Source: an uncultured Acidimicrobiales bacterium
GTDB lineage: Bacteria; Actinomycetota; Acidimicrobiia; Acidimicrobiales; DATKAS01
Reading direction: 5' to 3'
NCBI GenBank assembly: GCA_963726695.1
Contig: CAVSDE010000002.1
Location: 2,003-66,002, forward strand
Length of the DNA stretch: 64,000 nucleotides
A model generated the notes under the pieces. It did not search any database, was not told where the DNA came from, and worked only from the letters and a program-made list of their open reading frames with translations. Shown here in pieces: positions 1-9,585 of this stretch; positions within the stretch are counted from its first letter, which is position 1, and each line of letters begins with the position of its first letter. Both the position numbers and the translations under genes were made by a program.

Positions 1-1074
1 TGTTCGAGTCGATCCTCGTCGTGCTCTACGCGGTGATCGGCGGGATCGGATTCGTCATCGGGGCGCTCGTCGGTGCCGCGCTCGCTCCGGGAGCGATCGT
101 GCCCTACGCGTTCGGTGGTCTGCTCGACAGCGCACAGGCCGTCCAGCTCTCCCTGGGGATCCTCGTGTTCGTCGTGTTGCTCGCGATACCGAACGGCCTC
201 GCGAGCCTCGTCACGAGGCTGCGGCTCGGAACGGTGAAGGGCGGCGAGGTCGCGGTTGGCGGCCGTCCCGCGATCGCGCCGCACACGCTCGCGGCCGAAT
301 CGGTGCGCGTGCGCTTCGGTGTCGTCGACGCACTCGATGACGTGTCGATCGAGGTGCGGCCGAGGGAGGTGCACGGTCTGATCGGGCCGAACGGAGCCGG
401 CAAGTCGACGCTGATCGACGCACTCACCGGCTTCGCGCGGCCCGTCGCGGGGCGGGTGCTGCTCGACGGTGCCGACATCACGGCTGGTCCGCCCGCAGAC
501 GCGCCGTCAGTCGGAGTCGGCCGTTCGTTCCAGAGCCTCGAGCTCTTCGACGGCATGACGGTGCGCGAGAACCTGCGCACGGCCGCCGACCGACGCGACT
601 CGCTTGCCTACTTCACCGATCTCGTCCACCCGGGCAAGGCGCCGCTGAGCGCAGCGGCGTCCGCGGTGGTCCAGGAGTTCGGCTTGGAGGAAGACCTCGA
701 CCGGCGACCCGAGGATCTCTCGTTCGGGAAGCGCCGACTGGTTGCATTGGCACGCGCGGTCGCCGCCGAGCCGTCGGTGCTGTTGCTCGACGAGCCCGCC
801 GCCGGGCCTCGGCGAGCACGAGACCGCGGAGCTGGGCCGGCTCGTGCGCAAGCTCGCCGACGACTGGGGGATGGCCGTGCTCCTCGTGGAGCACGACGTC
901 TCCCTCGTGCTCGGCGTCTGCGACCGCGTGTCGGTGCTCGACTTCGGCCATGTCATCGCCCACGGCGATCCGCAGTCGATCGGCCGCGACCGCACCGTCG
1001 TCGAGGCCTACCTCGGCGACGAGGTCGCCGCGGCTGCGCCCCGGCCCACGCCCGCGGCTCGAGGCACTGAACCC
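1..1074 (+). CDS. Branched-chain amino acid ABC transporter, permease C-terminus fused to ATP-binding domain (LivM/LivG-like). The 5' end is outside the window and there is one frameshift near 805.
   Basis: The frame of ORF 21..1070 is open from base 3 (FESILVVLYAVIGGIG.. membrane segment), then shows Walker A GPNGAGKST. After LLLDEPAAG the conserved continuation (EHETAELGRLVRKLADDWGMAVLLVEHDV) lies in the frame of ORF 742..1758, a +1 shift inside gccgggcctc. Confidence 0.8.
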
Positions 1075-1758
1075 GTGCTCGTCGCCCAAGGGCTGTCTGC
1101 GGGCTACAACGATCAACCGGCGATACGAGACCTCGACCTTGAGGTGCGCGCCGGCGAAGTGCTGCTGGTCCTGGGGGCGAACGGAGCCGGGAAGAGCACC
1201 ACGCTGCTGGCACTCGCGGGCGAGCTGAGGCCACTCGCCGGCGAGATCCGTTGGCAGGGCAAGGCCACGCTGCAGCCTCTCCACCGGAGAGCCGCTCGCG
1301 GCACCGCGCTCGTTCCGGAAGAGCGGTCCGCGGTGCGCTCGCTCTCGGTCGCCGACAACTTGCGGCTCGGAGGCGTGTCGGTCGAGAGCGCGATCGCGCT
1401 CTTTCCCGAGCTCGAGCCGCTGCTCGCACGTTCCGCTGGGCTCATCTCTGGCGGCGAGCAGCAGATGCTCACGCTGGCCCGTGCGCTCGGCCGACGTCCT
1501 GAGCTGGTGCTCGCCGACGAGGTGTCACTGGGCCTGGCCCCGATCGTCGTGGACCGTCTGCTCAGTGCTCTCCGCCAGGCGGCGGACCAGGGCATGGCCG
1601 TCGTGGTCGTCGAACAACGCGCCCGTCGAGCACTCGACATCGCGGACCACGTGATCGTGCTGCGCCGCGGTCGCGTCGAGCTCGCCGGGCCTGCCGCCGA
1701 GCTGCGCGACTCGTTCGACCGGATCGAGCGCGCCTATCTCACCGGCGTGACGGAGTGA
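1075..1758 (+). CDS. LivF-like ABC transporter ATP-binding protein
   Basis: Walker A GANGAGKSTT, signature LISGGEQQML and Walker B LVLADEVSLGLAP. GTG 1075 lies 5 nt after a TGA (1068-1070) in the neighbouring frame. In its own frame it is contiguous with the upstream ATPase, so it is either fused or separated by an indel. Confidence 0.8.
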   Translation: MLVAQGLSAGYNDQPAIRDLDLEVRAGEVLLVLGANGAGKSTTLLALAGELRPLAGEIRWQGKATLQPLHRRAARGTALVPEERSAVRSLSVADNLRLGGVSVESAIALFPELEPLLARSAGLISGGEQQMLTLARALGRRPELVLADEVSLGLAPIVVDRLLSALRQAADQGMAVVVVEQRARRALDIADHVIVLRRGRVELAGPAAELRDSFDRIERAYLTGVTE

Positions 1759-1765
1759 ACGCTCC

Positions 1766-2982
1766 TCACCGGCGTTCAGGAGTGAACGCCACCGGCATGT
1801 GACGCACACCGGCGATGAAGCTCGAAGCCAGCAGCTCGGGCTCGCCGGCCGGCGCCAGATCGGGACAGCCGGGTGAGCAGCTCGCGCAGCATCGCGGCGA
1901 TCTCGATGCGGGCGACGTGCATGCCGAGGCAGAGGTGCGGGCCGCCGCCGCCGAACGCCATGTGCGGGTTCGGTTGCGGCCGACGTCGAAGCGGTCGGGG
2001 TCGGCGAACACATCTCCGTCGCGGTTGCCGGAGCCGTAGAAGACCATCATCTTGTCGCCCGCCGCGATCGGCTGGTCGCGGATCACGGTGTCCTCCATCG
2101 CGGTGCGCCGGAAGTGCGACACCGGTGACGTGTAGCGGAGCATCTCCTCGACCGCCGTCGGAAGCAGGCCGTCGAGATCGGCCTGCAGCCGCGCTCGCTC
2201 GTCGGGGTGGTCGAACAGCAGCTGCATGCCCGGCGGCCAGCAGGTTGCGCGTGGTGTCGCCGCCGGCGTTGACGAGCAGCAGGAAGAACCACTGGAGCTC
2301 GGCGTCGGTGAGCCGGTCGCCGTCGACCTCGGCCTCGACGAGCATCGAGGCGATGTCGTCTCCGGGCTCGTCGCGCTTCGCCTTGCCGACCTCGTCGGCG
2401 TAGTTCAGCATCTCGATCATCGCGGCCATGCGGCGCTCCGGCGATGGCGCACCGCGTCGTCGGTGGTGTGCATGAGCTCGGTGAGCTCGTAGAGGTGCTC
2501 GCCGTCCGCGCGCGGGATGCCCATCAGCTCCGCGATGAGACCCGACGGCAGCCGCCCGGCGACGTCCGCGACGAGGTCGCACTCGCCTCGTTCGATGACG
2601 TCGTCGACGATCTCACGGGCCAGCTCGTCGATGCGGTTGCGGAGGAGCTCCGCGTTCTTCGGCGTGAACCCCCGGCTGACGAGCAGCTTGAATCGGTCGT
2701 GCTGCGGCGGATCCATGTTCAGCATCATCTGGCGCGACGCCATGAGGCCCATCTCGTCGCGTCGCTCGACCATCGTGCCCTTGCGCGTACGAGCTGAAGA
2801 GCCGCGGCTGACGGCTCACCATGCGGATGTCGTCGTACTTGGTGATCGCCCAGAAGTCCTGGCCCTGCGGGTAGGGATGGCGGAAGACGGGCGCGTGCTC
2901 GCGCAGCCACGCGTACTGGTCCCATGGGTGGCCGTGAGCGAACGCGGCCGCGAGAGATCAGGTCGATGTCGCTGGCATCCAT
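1766..2982 (-). pseudogene. Cytochrome P450 (CYP124/125/142-like), at least 6 frame switches
   Basis: MDASDIDLISR.., MDPPQHDRFKLLVSRGFTP, LLLVNAGGDTTRN, EEMLRYTSPV and the haem loop FGGGGPHLCLG are all present. They are spread over ORFs 2725..2982, 2613..2822, 2417..2773, 1776..2582 and 1766..2227 in three frames. Confidence 0.85.
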
Positions 2983-3008
2983 CGGGCGACGCTATCGCCC
3001 GACGGTGG

Positions 3009-3231
3009 TCAGCTCCCCGAGGTGGTCGCTGCGGTGTCGACGGCTGACGTCGTCTCCGCCGAGGTCGACGTCGTCGCGTCGGAGCTCGGCTCTACGGGCG
3101 TGCTGTCCGTGATGGCCGGCAGCGTCGACCCGGGCGAGTTGCTTCCGGAGTCGTCGCCGCAGGCGGGCACCATGGTCAGCACGAGCGCGTAGAGCGGGAG
3201 CGGCAAGGAGGTACCGAGGGTTCATTCGCAT
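3009..3231 (-). CDS. Small secreted / lipoprotein-like protein with a Ser/Thr-rich tail
   Basis: MRMNPRYLLA.. (ORF 2992..3273 frame) joins LPLYALVLTMVPACGDDSGSN.. (ORF 3009..3206) after one frame switch near 3195. It has a hydrophobic signal followed by Cys, and no family assignment. Confidence 0.35.
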
Positions 3232-3327
3232 GACTGCGAAGTACCCGCGGTCGCAGCCGCTCGAACTCGTCACGCTGCTTCGTCACCGAACTCACAACGC
3301 CCCCATGCAGCTCCCAGAGAAGTTACG

Positions 3328-3717
3328 GTGCGGCCCGTGGGCAGCTTCGACGACGGGATGCGCGCCCGAGCAGAGGTGTTGGGCGCCGAACACGTCCGCA
3401 GATCGAACGCCGACGCGACCGATCTCGACCGCCCGTTCCTCGAGTGGATCACCACCCACGTGTGGGGTGACCTCTGGGCGGACGCGACACTCGACCGCAA
3501 GACCCGCAGCATGGTCACGATCGCGATCCTCGCCGCGCTCGGTCGCGAGGAGCTGGCGTTGCACCTACGGGCGTCGGCGACGACCGGAGTCACCGACGCA
3601 GAGCTCGCCCAGGTGTTGCAGCACGTCGCGATCTACGCCGGCGTGCCCGCAGCGAACCACGCCTTCCAGACCGCAAAGACCGTGCGACCTCCCGCGACCC
3701 AGGTGACGGACACATGA
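3328..3717 (+). CDS. pcaC: 4-carboxymuconolactone decarboxylase
   Basis: 129 aa of the AhpD/CMD type (..WGDLWADATLDRKTRSMVTIAILAALGREELALHLRA..IYAGVPAA..). Its stop overlaps the start of pcaH. Confidence 0.85.
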   Translation: MRPVGSFDDGMRARAEVLGAEHVRRSNADATDLDRPFLEWITTHVWGDLWADATLDRKTRSMVTIAILAALGREELALHLRASATTGVTDAELAQVLQHVAIYAGVPAANHAFQTAKTVRPPATQVTDT

Positions 3718-4399
3718 CCATCGTCTACACACCCCGTGCCCACGAGGATCACCCTCCGTTCCTCTACTCCGACTACAAGGGCACGCGGAAGCGATCGCCC
3801 GAGATGGGCCTGATACCCATCGTGCAGTCGCTGTCCGAGATCACCGGACCCGGTCCGGCATGGACCGAGCTGTCCGAGGACGACGCGGACCTCACCACCA
3901 ACGCGGGAACAGGGGCGAGGCGATCGGGCAACGGTCGATCATCACCGGGCGCGTGCTCGACCAGCACGGTGAGGCCGTCCCGGACGTGCTCATCGAGATC
4001 TGGCAGGCGAACGCGTGCGGCCGGTACATGCACTGGCGGGAGGTCGACTTCCCCGCGCCGCTCGACCCGAACTTCCTCGGAGTCGGGCAGTGCCGCACGA
4101 ACGATGACGGCGAGTACCGCTTCCTGACCGTCAAGCCGGGTCCGTATCCGTGGGGCAACCACTACAACGTGTGGAGGCCCGCACACATCCACTTCTCGCT
4201 GCTCGGACCGGCGCTGACCACGCGCCTCGTGACGCAGATGTACTTCCCCGACGATCCGCTCTTCGAGTTCGATCCGATCTTCCAGTCGGTGCCCGAGCAC
4301 GCGCGCGGACGAATGGTCTCGACGTACGACCATGAGGTGACGATGCCGAACTGGGCGCTCGGCTACCGGTGGGACATCGTGTTGCGAGGCGCGGAGTGA
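3714..4399 (+). CDS. pcaH: Protocatechuate 3,4-dioxygenase beta subunit, one frameshift near 3910
   Basis: N-terminus in ORF 3714..4127 and the remainder in ORF 3860..4399. Motifs: LIEIWQANACGRYMH, GVGQCRTNDDGEYRFLTVKPGPYPW, RPAHIHFS. Confidence 0.85.
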
Positions 4400-5004
4400 C
4401 CGACCGCGAGACCCTCCGCGAGACCCGCGGCCCCACCCCGAGCCAGACCGTGGGGCCGTACTTCACGATGCGCCTCGCGGGTGAGGGCGAGAACGTGCTC
4501 ACGCAGCCCGAGACGATCGGCGAGCGCATCCGCATCGAGGGGTTCGTGTTCGACGGAGACCGCAAGCACATAGAAGACGCACTGCTCGAGCTCTGGCAGG
4601 CGAACGCGGCCGGCCGGTACAACCATCCGGCCGACGACCGCGACGACGTTCCCCTCGACCCCGAGTTCACGGGCTTCGGTCGCTGCGCGAGCGACTTCAC
4701 GACCGGCGCGTTCTCGTTCCTGACGATCAAACCCGGACCGGTCCCGCACCCGATCGGAGGCATGCAAGCGCCGCACGTCTCCCTCATCGTGCAGTCCCGC
4801 GGCATGCTCGATCCGACCTACACCCGCATCTATTTCGCCGACGAGGTCGAAGCCAACGCTTCCGACCCTGTCCTGGCGACGGTCCCCGAGGCTCGACGGT
4901 GGACGCTCATCGCCGAGCGAGTCGACGACGGCGGATCGGTGCCCGTGTACCGGTTCGACGTCCGCTATCAGGGCGACGACGAGACCGTCTTCTTCGACGT
5001 GTAG
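4396..5004 (+). CDS. pcaG: Protocatechuate 3,4-dioxygenase alpha subunit
   Basis: GTG 4396 overlaps the pcaH TGA (GTGA). Motifs: PSQTVGPYF, LELWQANAAGRYNH, FLTIKPGPVP. Confidence 0.85.
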   Translation: MTDRETLRETRGPTPSQTVGPYFTMRLAGEGENVLTQPETIGERIRIEGFVFDGDRKHIEDALLELWQANAAGRYNHPADDRDDVPLDPEFTGFGRCASDFTTGAFSFLTIKPGPVPHPIGGMQAPHVSLIVQSRGMLDPTYTRIYFADEVEANASDPVLATVPEARRWTLIAERVDDGGSVPVYRFDVRYQGDDETVFFDV

Positions 5005-5007
5005 GCG

Positions 5008-6000
5008 ATGCCCCTCTATCCCGGCTTCTCGACACAAGCGATGGATGCGATCTGGAGCCCCGAGTCGCGCATCGCCGCGATGCTCGAGGTCGAGGCCGCG
5101 GTCGCGTACGCGCAGGGCGAGGCCGGCGACATCCCGAAGACGGCGGCGATGGCGATCGCCGTCGCGACGGCCGAGCCGGTGCCCACGAGCATCCTCGCGG
5201 AGGGCTGGACTGCAGGAACGCCCGTCCTTCCGCTGCTCGACGCGTTGCGCTCGCGGCTCGATCCCGCGGCGGCCGAGCACCTTCACCGTGGACTCACCAC
5301 ACAAGACGTCGTCGACACCGCGGCGATGCTCCTCATGCGCGACGCGACAGGCGAGCTCCGAAGGCTCGGCGAAGCCGAGGCACGCACGCTCGTGTCGGCA
5401 ACCGAGCGATTCGGAAACCGCTCCACGACGGCGCGCTCATTCCTCCAGCCGGCCGAGCAGACCACGTACGGGTTCCGGTTCGGGCGGTGGGCCGCGGCGC
5501 TCGACAGGCAGCTGCGTGCGCCGGTCACCTTCCCGGTGCAGCTCGGAGGGCTCATCGGCGACCGCCGAGAGCTAGGGCCCGAGGTCGTCGCGATGACGTC
5601 GCTCGGGCTCGAGCTCGATCATGTCCCCGCGGCGTGGCACACCGACCGCACGCCGGTCGTCGACCTCGTCACGCTTGCGCTTCGCTTCGCGCAGTGGGCC
5701 GAGAAGGTGGCAGGCGACATCGCGCTGCTCTCGGCGTTCGGAGAGGTGGCCACCCGCGCCGGCGGCTCGAGCGCCGCCGCCGGCAAGCAGAACCCGATCG
5801 ACGCCATGCGGGCGATGGCCGCGGCCGAGGCGTGCGCCGGGGTCGCGTCCATCGTGCTCACCGGCAAGCCGCACGAGCTCGAGCGAGGGCTCGGCTCCTG
5901 GCACGCCGAGTGGTTCGCCCTCCCACTCGTGTTCATGACGGCAGGTGCCGCGATGGAGGCCGTGGGTGCCTCGCTCGCGTCGCTGGAGGTGCTCACGTGA
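5008..6000 (+). CDS. pcaB: 3-carboxy-cis,cis-muconate cycloisomerase (short, 330 aa)
   Basis: Fumarate-lyase-superfamily features (TTQDVVDTA, signature-like GGSSAAAGKQNP). It sits between pcaG and pcaD. Confidence 0.75.
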   Translation: MPLYPGFSTQAMDAIWSPESRIAAMLEVEAAVAYAQGEAGDIPKTAAMAIAVATAEPVPTSILAEGWTAGTPVLPLLDALRSRLDPAAAEHLHRGLTTQDVVDTAAMLLMRDATGELRRLGEAEARTLVSATERFGNRSTTARSFLQPAEQTTYGFRFGRWAAALDRQLRAPVTFPVQLGGLIGDRRELGPEVVAMTSLGLELDHVPAAWHTDRTPVVDLVTLALRFAQWAEKVAGDIALLSAFGEVATRAGGSSAAAGKQNPIDAMRAMAAAEACAGVASIVLTGKPHELERGLGSWHAEWFALPLVFMTAGAAMEAVGASLASLEVLT

Positions 6001-6779
6001 CCGACACCGTGACGGTCTCGGACGGCACCGCGATCGGGGTTGCCGTCCAGGGCGACGAGAGCGCGGCCCCGCTGCTTCTGATGCATTCGCTCGGCTGCGA
6101 CCACCACATGTGGGACCACCAGCTCGGCGTGTTCAGTCGCTCCCACCGCGTCGTGGCGGTCGACATCCGCGGCCACGGTGTGAGCGGCGCGCCTCACGGG
6201 GACTACACGCTCGAGCGGCTCGGTCAGGACGTGGTCGACGTCGCCGACGCGCTCTCCATCGACCGCTTCGACTACTGCGGGCTCTCCATCGGCGGCCTCA
6301 TCGGCCAGTGGCTCGGGCTGCACGCCGCTGCCCGCCTGCGCTCACTCACGCTCTGCAACACCGGTGCGAAGATCAGCGACGTCGAGCGGTGGAACGAGCG
6401 CATCGACGTCGCCCGCACCACCGGGATGGCGGCGCTCGTGGACGCCGTGATCGACCGCTGGTTCACCCCTGAGTTCGCAGACGCGCATCCCGAGGACATC
6501 GAACAGTTCCGGTCGCAGCTGCTCGCGACCGACCCGCAGGGCTACGCCGGGTGCTGCGCGGCCATCCGCGGCGCGGATCTCCGCGACGACGTCCACGGGA
6601 TCGTCACCCGAACCCTGCTCGTCGCTGGCACCCGTGACATCGCCACTCCACCGGAGCTGACCGACCACCTGCACGCGCAGATCGAGGGCAGCCACGTCGT
6701 CTCACTCGAAGCCGGGCACCTGAGCAACGTCGAGCAGCCCGACGCGTTCACCGACGCGCTCACCGGCTTCCTGGCATGA
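5997..6779 (+). CDS. pcaD: 3-oxoadipate enol-lactonase
   Basis: GTG 5997 overlaps the pcaB stop. Alpha/beta hydrolase with LLLMHSLGCDHHMWD, nucleophile elbow GLSIGG and C-terminal EAGHLSNVEQP. Only the last 261 codons of ORF 4899..6779 are used. Confidence 0.8.
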   Translation: MTDTVTVSDGTAIGVAVQGDESAAPLLLMHSLGCDHHMWDHQLGVFSRSHRVVAVDIRGHGVSGAPHGDYTLERLGQDVVDVADALSIDRFDYCGLSIGGLIGQWLGLHAAARLRSLTLCNTGAKISDVERWNERIDVARTTGMAALVDAVIDRWFTPEFADAHPEDIEQFRSQLLATDPQGYAGCCAAIRGADLRDDVHGIVTRTLLVAGTRDIATPPELTDHLHAQIEGSHVVSLEAGHLSNVEQPDAFTDALTGFLA

Positions 6780-7948
6780 CGCGGACGCAGGTTGTGATCG
6801 TCGGCGGCGGACCGGCGGGCCTGATGCTCGCCCATCGGCTGCATCGCTCCGGACACGAGGCCGTCATCCTCGAACGCCAGACCCGCGACTACGTCATGGC
6901 GCGGATCCGCGCGGGGGTCCTCGAATGGGGATCGGTCGACATGCTCCGCGACGCCGGCCTCGGCGATCGGATGATGCAGGAAGGCTTCGTCCACGACGGC
7001 GTGGGGCTCTCGTTCCTGGGACAGCTGCTTCGCGTCGACTTCACTCGTCACACCGGCAAGTCGGTGATGGTCTACGGCCAGACCGAAGTCACCAAGGACC
7101 TGTACCGCGCGCTCGATGCCGAAGGCGTGACGATCGTCGACGAAGCGCAAGACGTGACACTGCACGACGTCACGACCGACGCGCCGCACGTCACGTACTC
7201 CAAGGACGGCGCGACTCATCGCGTCGACTGCGCATACATCGCCGGGTGCGACGGCTACCACGGGGTGAGTCGGCCGACGATCCCGAAGACCGTCCTGCGG
7301 GAGTACGAACGCGAATACCCGTTCGGCTGGCTGGGCGTGCTGTCCGAGACCCCGCCGGTCGATGACGAGCTGATCTACGCGCATCACGAACGGGGTTTCG
7401 CTCTCTGCTCGATGCGCCACCAGATGCTCAGCCGGTATTACGTGCAGTGCCCGCTCGACGACACACTGGACGACTGGCCCGACGACCGGTTCTGGGACGA
7501 GCTCCGCCGCCGGCTCCCCGACGACGTGGCGGCTCGCCTCGTGACGGGCGCCTCGATCGAGAAGTCGATCGCGCCCCTGCGGAGCTTCGTCGCCGAGCCA
7601 CTTCGATACGGGCGACTGCTGCTCGCGGGCGACGCCGGCCACATCGTCCCGCCGACCGGAGCGAAGGGCCTGAACCTGGCGTTCTCGGATGTGCACTACC
7701 TGTTCGAGGGGCTCGACGACGCGCTCTCGGGTCGCACGACCGCAGGCATCGACGAGTACTCCGATCGGGCGTTGCGCCGCGTGTGGCAGGCCGTGCGGTT
7801 CTCGTGGTGGATGACGACGCAGCTGCACCGCTTCCCCGACGCGGGGCCGTTCGGCCTCAAGATGCAAGAGGCCGAGCTCTCGAACCTCGCTCGATCCGAA
7901 ACCGCCCAACGGCTGATGGCCGAGAACTACGTCGGCCTGCCGATCTGA
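6776..7948 (+). CDS. pobA: 4-hydroxybenzoate 3-monooxygenase
   Basis: 390 aa with GGGPAGL FAD motif, IAGCDGYHGVSR, GRLLLAGDAGHIVPPTGAKGLNLA and C-terminal AENYVGLP. The start overlaps the pcaD stop. Confidence 0.9.
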   Translation: MTRTQVVIVGGGPAGLMLAHRLHRSGHEAVILERQTRDYVMARIRAGVLEWGSVDMLRDAGLGDRMMQEGFVHDGVGLSFLGQLLRVDFTRHTGKSVMVYGQTEVTKDLYRALDAEGVTIVDEAQDVTLHDVTTDAPHVTYSKDGATHRVDCAYIAGCDGYHGVSRPTIPKTVLREYEREYPFGWLGVLSETPPVDDELIYAHHERGFALCSMRHQMLSRYYVQCPLDDTLDDWPDDRFWDELRRRLPDDVAARLVTGASIEKSIAPLRSFVAEPLRYGRLLLAGDAGHIVPPTGAKGLNLAFSDVHYLFEGLDDALSGRTTAGIDEYSDRALRRVWQAVRFSWWMTTQLHRFPDAGPFGLKMQEAELSNLARSETAQRLMAENYVGLPI

Positions 7949-8763
7949 TGCCAGCGCTCGAGATCAACGGCACGACGATCTGGTACGAGCGGGATGGCGC
8001 CGGCCCGCCGTGCCTCGTGCTGCACGGTGGTCTCGGTGTCGACCACACGCTCTATCGCAGGACATTGCAACCTCTCACCGGTCAGCTCGAGCTCGTCTTC
8101 TTCGACCACCGTGGCAACGGTCGATCCGGACGGCCGCCGCTCGACACCATCACGATCGAGCAGCTCGCCGACGACGCGGCAATGGTGGCTCACGACCTCG
8201 AGCTCGATCACACACTGGTCTTCGGGCACTCGTACGGCGGCTTCGTCGCGCAGGAGCTCACATTGCGTCATCCGGAACTCGTGCGAGGGCTGATGCTCGT
8301 CGACACCACTCCAGGCCAGCTCGGCACCGGCGAGACCGAAGACGACTACCGCGGACCTCCTCCCCCTCCCGAGTTCCTCGACCTCGTGTCGCAGCTGCCC
8401 GAGACCGACGCGGAGCTCGCAGACGGCATGACCGAGCTCTTGCCCTTCTACCTGCACCACAGCGACGTGGCGGATGCGGAGGCCGCGTTCGAAGGAACGA
8501 TCTTCTCTTGCGACGCGATGATGCAGGGCTTCATCGCACTCAGGGGGTGGAGCGCAGTCGATCGCCTCGCGACGATCGAGGCGCCGACACTCGTATTGGG
8601 CGGCCTCCACGATCTGTTCACGGCAGCGCCGCAGGCGGACCGGATCGCCGATCGCATCCCGCACGCCGACCGCGTCCTGTTCGAACACAGCGGGCACTTC
8701 CCCTGGTTCGACGAGCCCGAGGCGTTCTTCACGGTGGTCAACGCTTGGCTGGACCGACTCTGA
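7948..8763 (+). CDS. Alpha/beta hydrolase (proline-iminopeptidase-like fold)
   Basis: ATG 7948 overlaps the pobA TGA. Motifs: LVLHGGLG, DHRGNGRS, nucleophile elbow GHSYGG, C-terminal SGHFPWFDEP. Confidence 0.75.
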   Translation: MPALEINGTTIWYERDGAGPPCLVLHGGLGVDHTLYRRTLQPLTGQLELVFFDHRGNGRSGRPPLDTITIEQLADDAAMVAHDLELDHTLVFGHSYGGFVAQELTLRHPELVRGLMLVDTTPGQLGTGETEDDYRGPPPPPEFLDLVSQLPETDAELADGMTELLPFYLHHSDVADAEAAFEGTIFSCDAMMQGFIALRGWSAVDRLATIEAPTLVLGGLHDLFTAAPQADRIADRIPHADRVLFEHSGHFPWFDEPEAFFTVVNAWLDRL

Positions 8764-8770
8764 GTGAGCG

Positions 8771-9568
8771 TCAGATGAAGAACAGGGTCGCGCCGAGGAC
8801 GAGCAGCCCGGCCCCGTAGAGCTGCTCGAGGCGGCCGGCGTTCATCCGCAACGCCGTCTTGGCACCGAGGCTCGACAGCGGCACCGAGGCGAGCCCGAAG
8901 ACCAACGTCACCGTCCAATCGATGTGGCCGAGCGCTGCGTGCACGATCGTGCCGGGGATGGCGAGGACTGCCGCGACCGCCAGCGAGCACGACAGCGCGG
9001 TCTTGATCGGGAGCTTCAACGCGGCGAGGTAGAGCGGCACGAGCAGAAAGCCGCCGGCGTTCGCGAGCAGCCCGGCGAGGAACCCCACGGCGAGCGCGAC
9101 CGCAGCCATGCGTAGCCCCCGTCCGGACACGTCGTCGCGCACGACCTCGGGGTCGTCGGGCCTCAGCAACACCTTGAGACCGATGAGGGCGATGACCACA
9201 TCGGTGACCTTGACGAGCGATTCACCGCCGACCCAGCGGCTCGCGTAGGCGCCGATGATCGTCGCCGGCACGCCGAAGGCGATGCTCCACCGAACGACTC
9301 GAGGGTCGCTGATGCCCAACCGGCGATACCGGTTGTACGCGACGAGGGTGCCGGGGATCGTGGCGGGCAGCGGGGACGCGACGGCGATCAGCGGCGGCAC
9401 ACCGATCGCGGCGAGCAGCGGCGTCGCGATCGCTGACCCGCCTTTGCCGAAGAGGCCTCCGAGGTAGCCCACTCCCGCGCCGATCAGCGCGATCAGGACC
9501 CAATGCACATTCCCATGGGACCACGGGTCGCATGGTGCGGTCCAAGACAATGTTTCTCTGTTTTCCAT
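8771..9568 (-). CDS. TauE/SafE family sulfite/anion exporter-like membrane protein
   Basis: Multi-TM protein with GYLGGLFGKGGSAIATPLL and a repeated GxxAGxLxNAGG motif. The likely true start is GTG 9508 (VHWVLIALIG..). Confidence 0.8.
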   Translation of the reverse strand: MENRETLSWTAPCDPWSHGNVHWVLIALIGAGVGYLGGLFGKGGSAIATPLLAAIGVPPLIAVASPLPATIPGTLVAYNRYRRLGISDPRVVRWSIAFGVPATIIGAYASRWVGGESLVKVTDVVIALIGLKVLLRPDDPEVVRDDVSGRGLRMAAVALAVGFLAGLLANAGGFLLVPLYLAALKLPIKTALSCSLAVAAVLAIPGTIVHAALGHIDWTVTLVFGLASVPLSSLGAKTALRMNAGRLEQLYGAGLLVLGATLFFI

Positions 9569-9585
9569 AGTCTCTAACTATGGAA
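9563..9585. promoter_or_regulatory. Inverted repeat TTCCATAG-N7-CTATGGAA in the divergent TauE/LysR region (LysR T-N11-A type box)
   Basis: Perfect 8-bp arms read directly. The arms contain the CAT/ATG of both ORF-track start codons. Confidence 0.4.

Noticed and set aside
4899-5996. 5' two-thirds of the 626-aa ORF 4899..6779. The same situation applies to 15854..16843, 45868..47004, 46821..47813, 52755..54938 (-) and 61827..62060.
   Set aside because: Only the 3' portions match protein families (pcaD, orphan, methyltransferase, kinase, YjbR, DinB). The upstream parts overlap well-supported genes in other frames and are compositionally junk-like.
6542-7909. 455-aa minus-strand ORF antisense to pobA. 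Similar long ORFs occur at 32973..34313 (-), 48570..50168 (-), 60397..61557 (-), 33980..36124 (+) and 13340..14566 (+).
   Set aside because: They are shadow ORFs typical of very GC-rich DNA. They are Arg/Pro/Ala/Gly-rich with no family motifs, and each lies opposite a gene with clear conserved motifs and shares its G/C-rich third-position phase.
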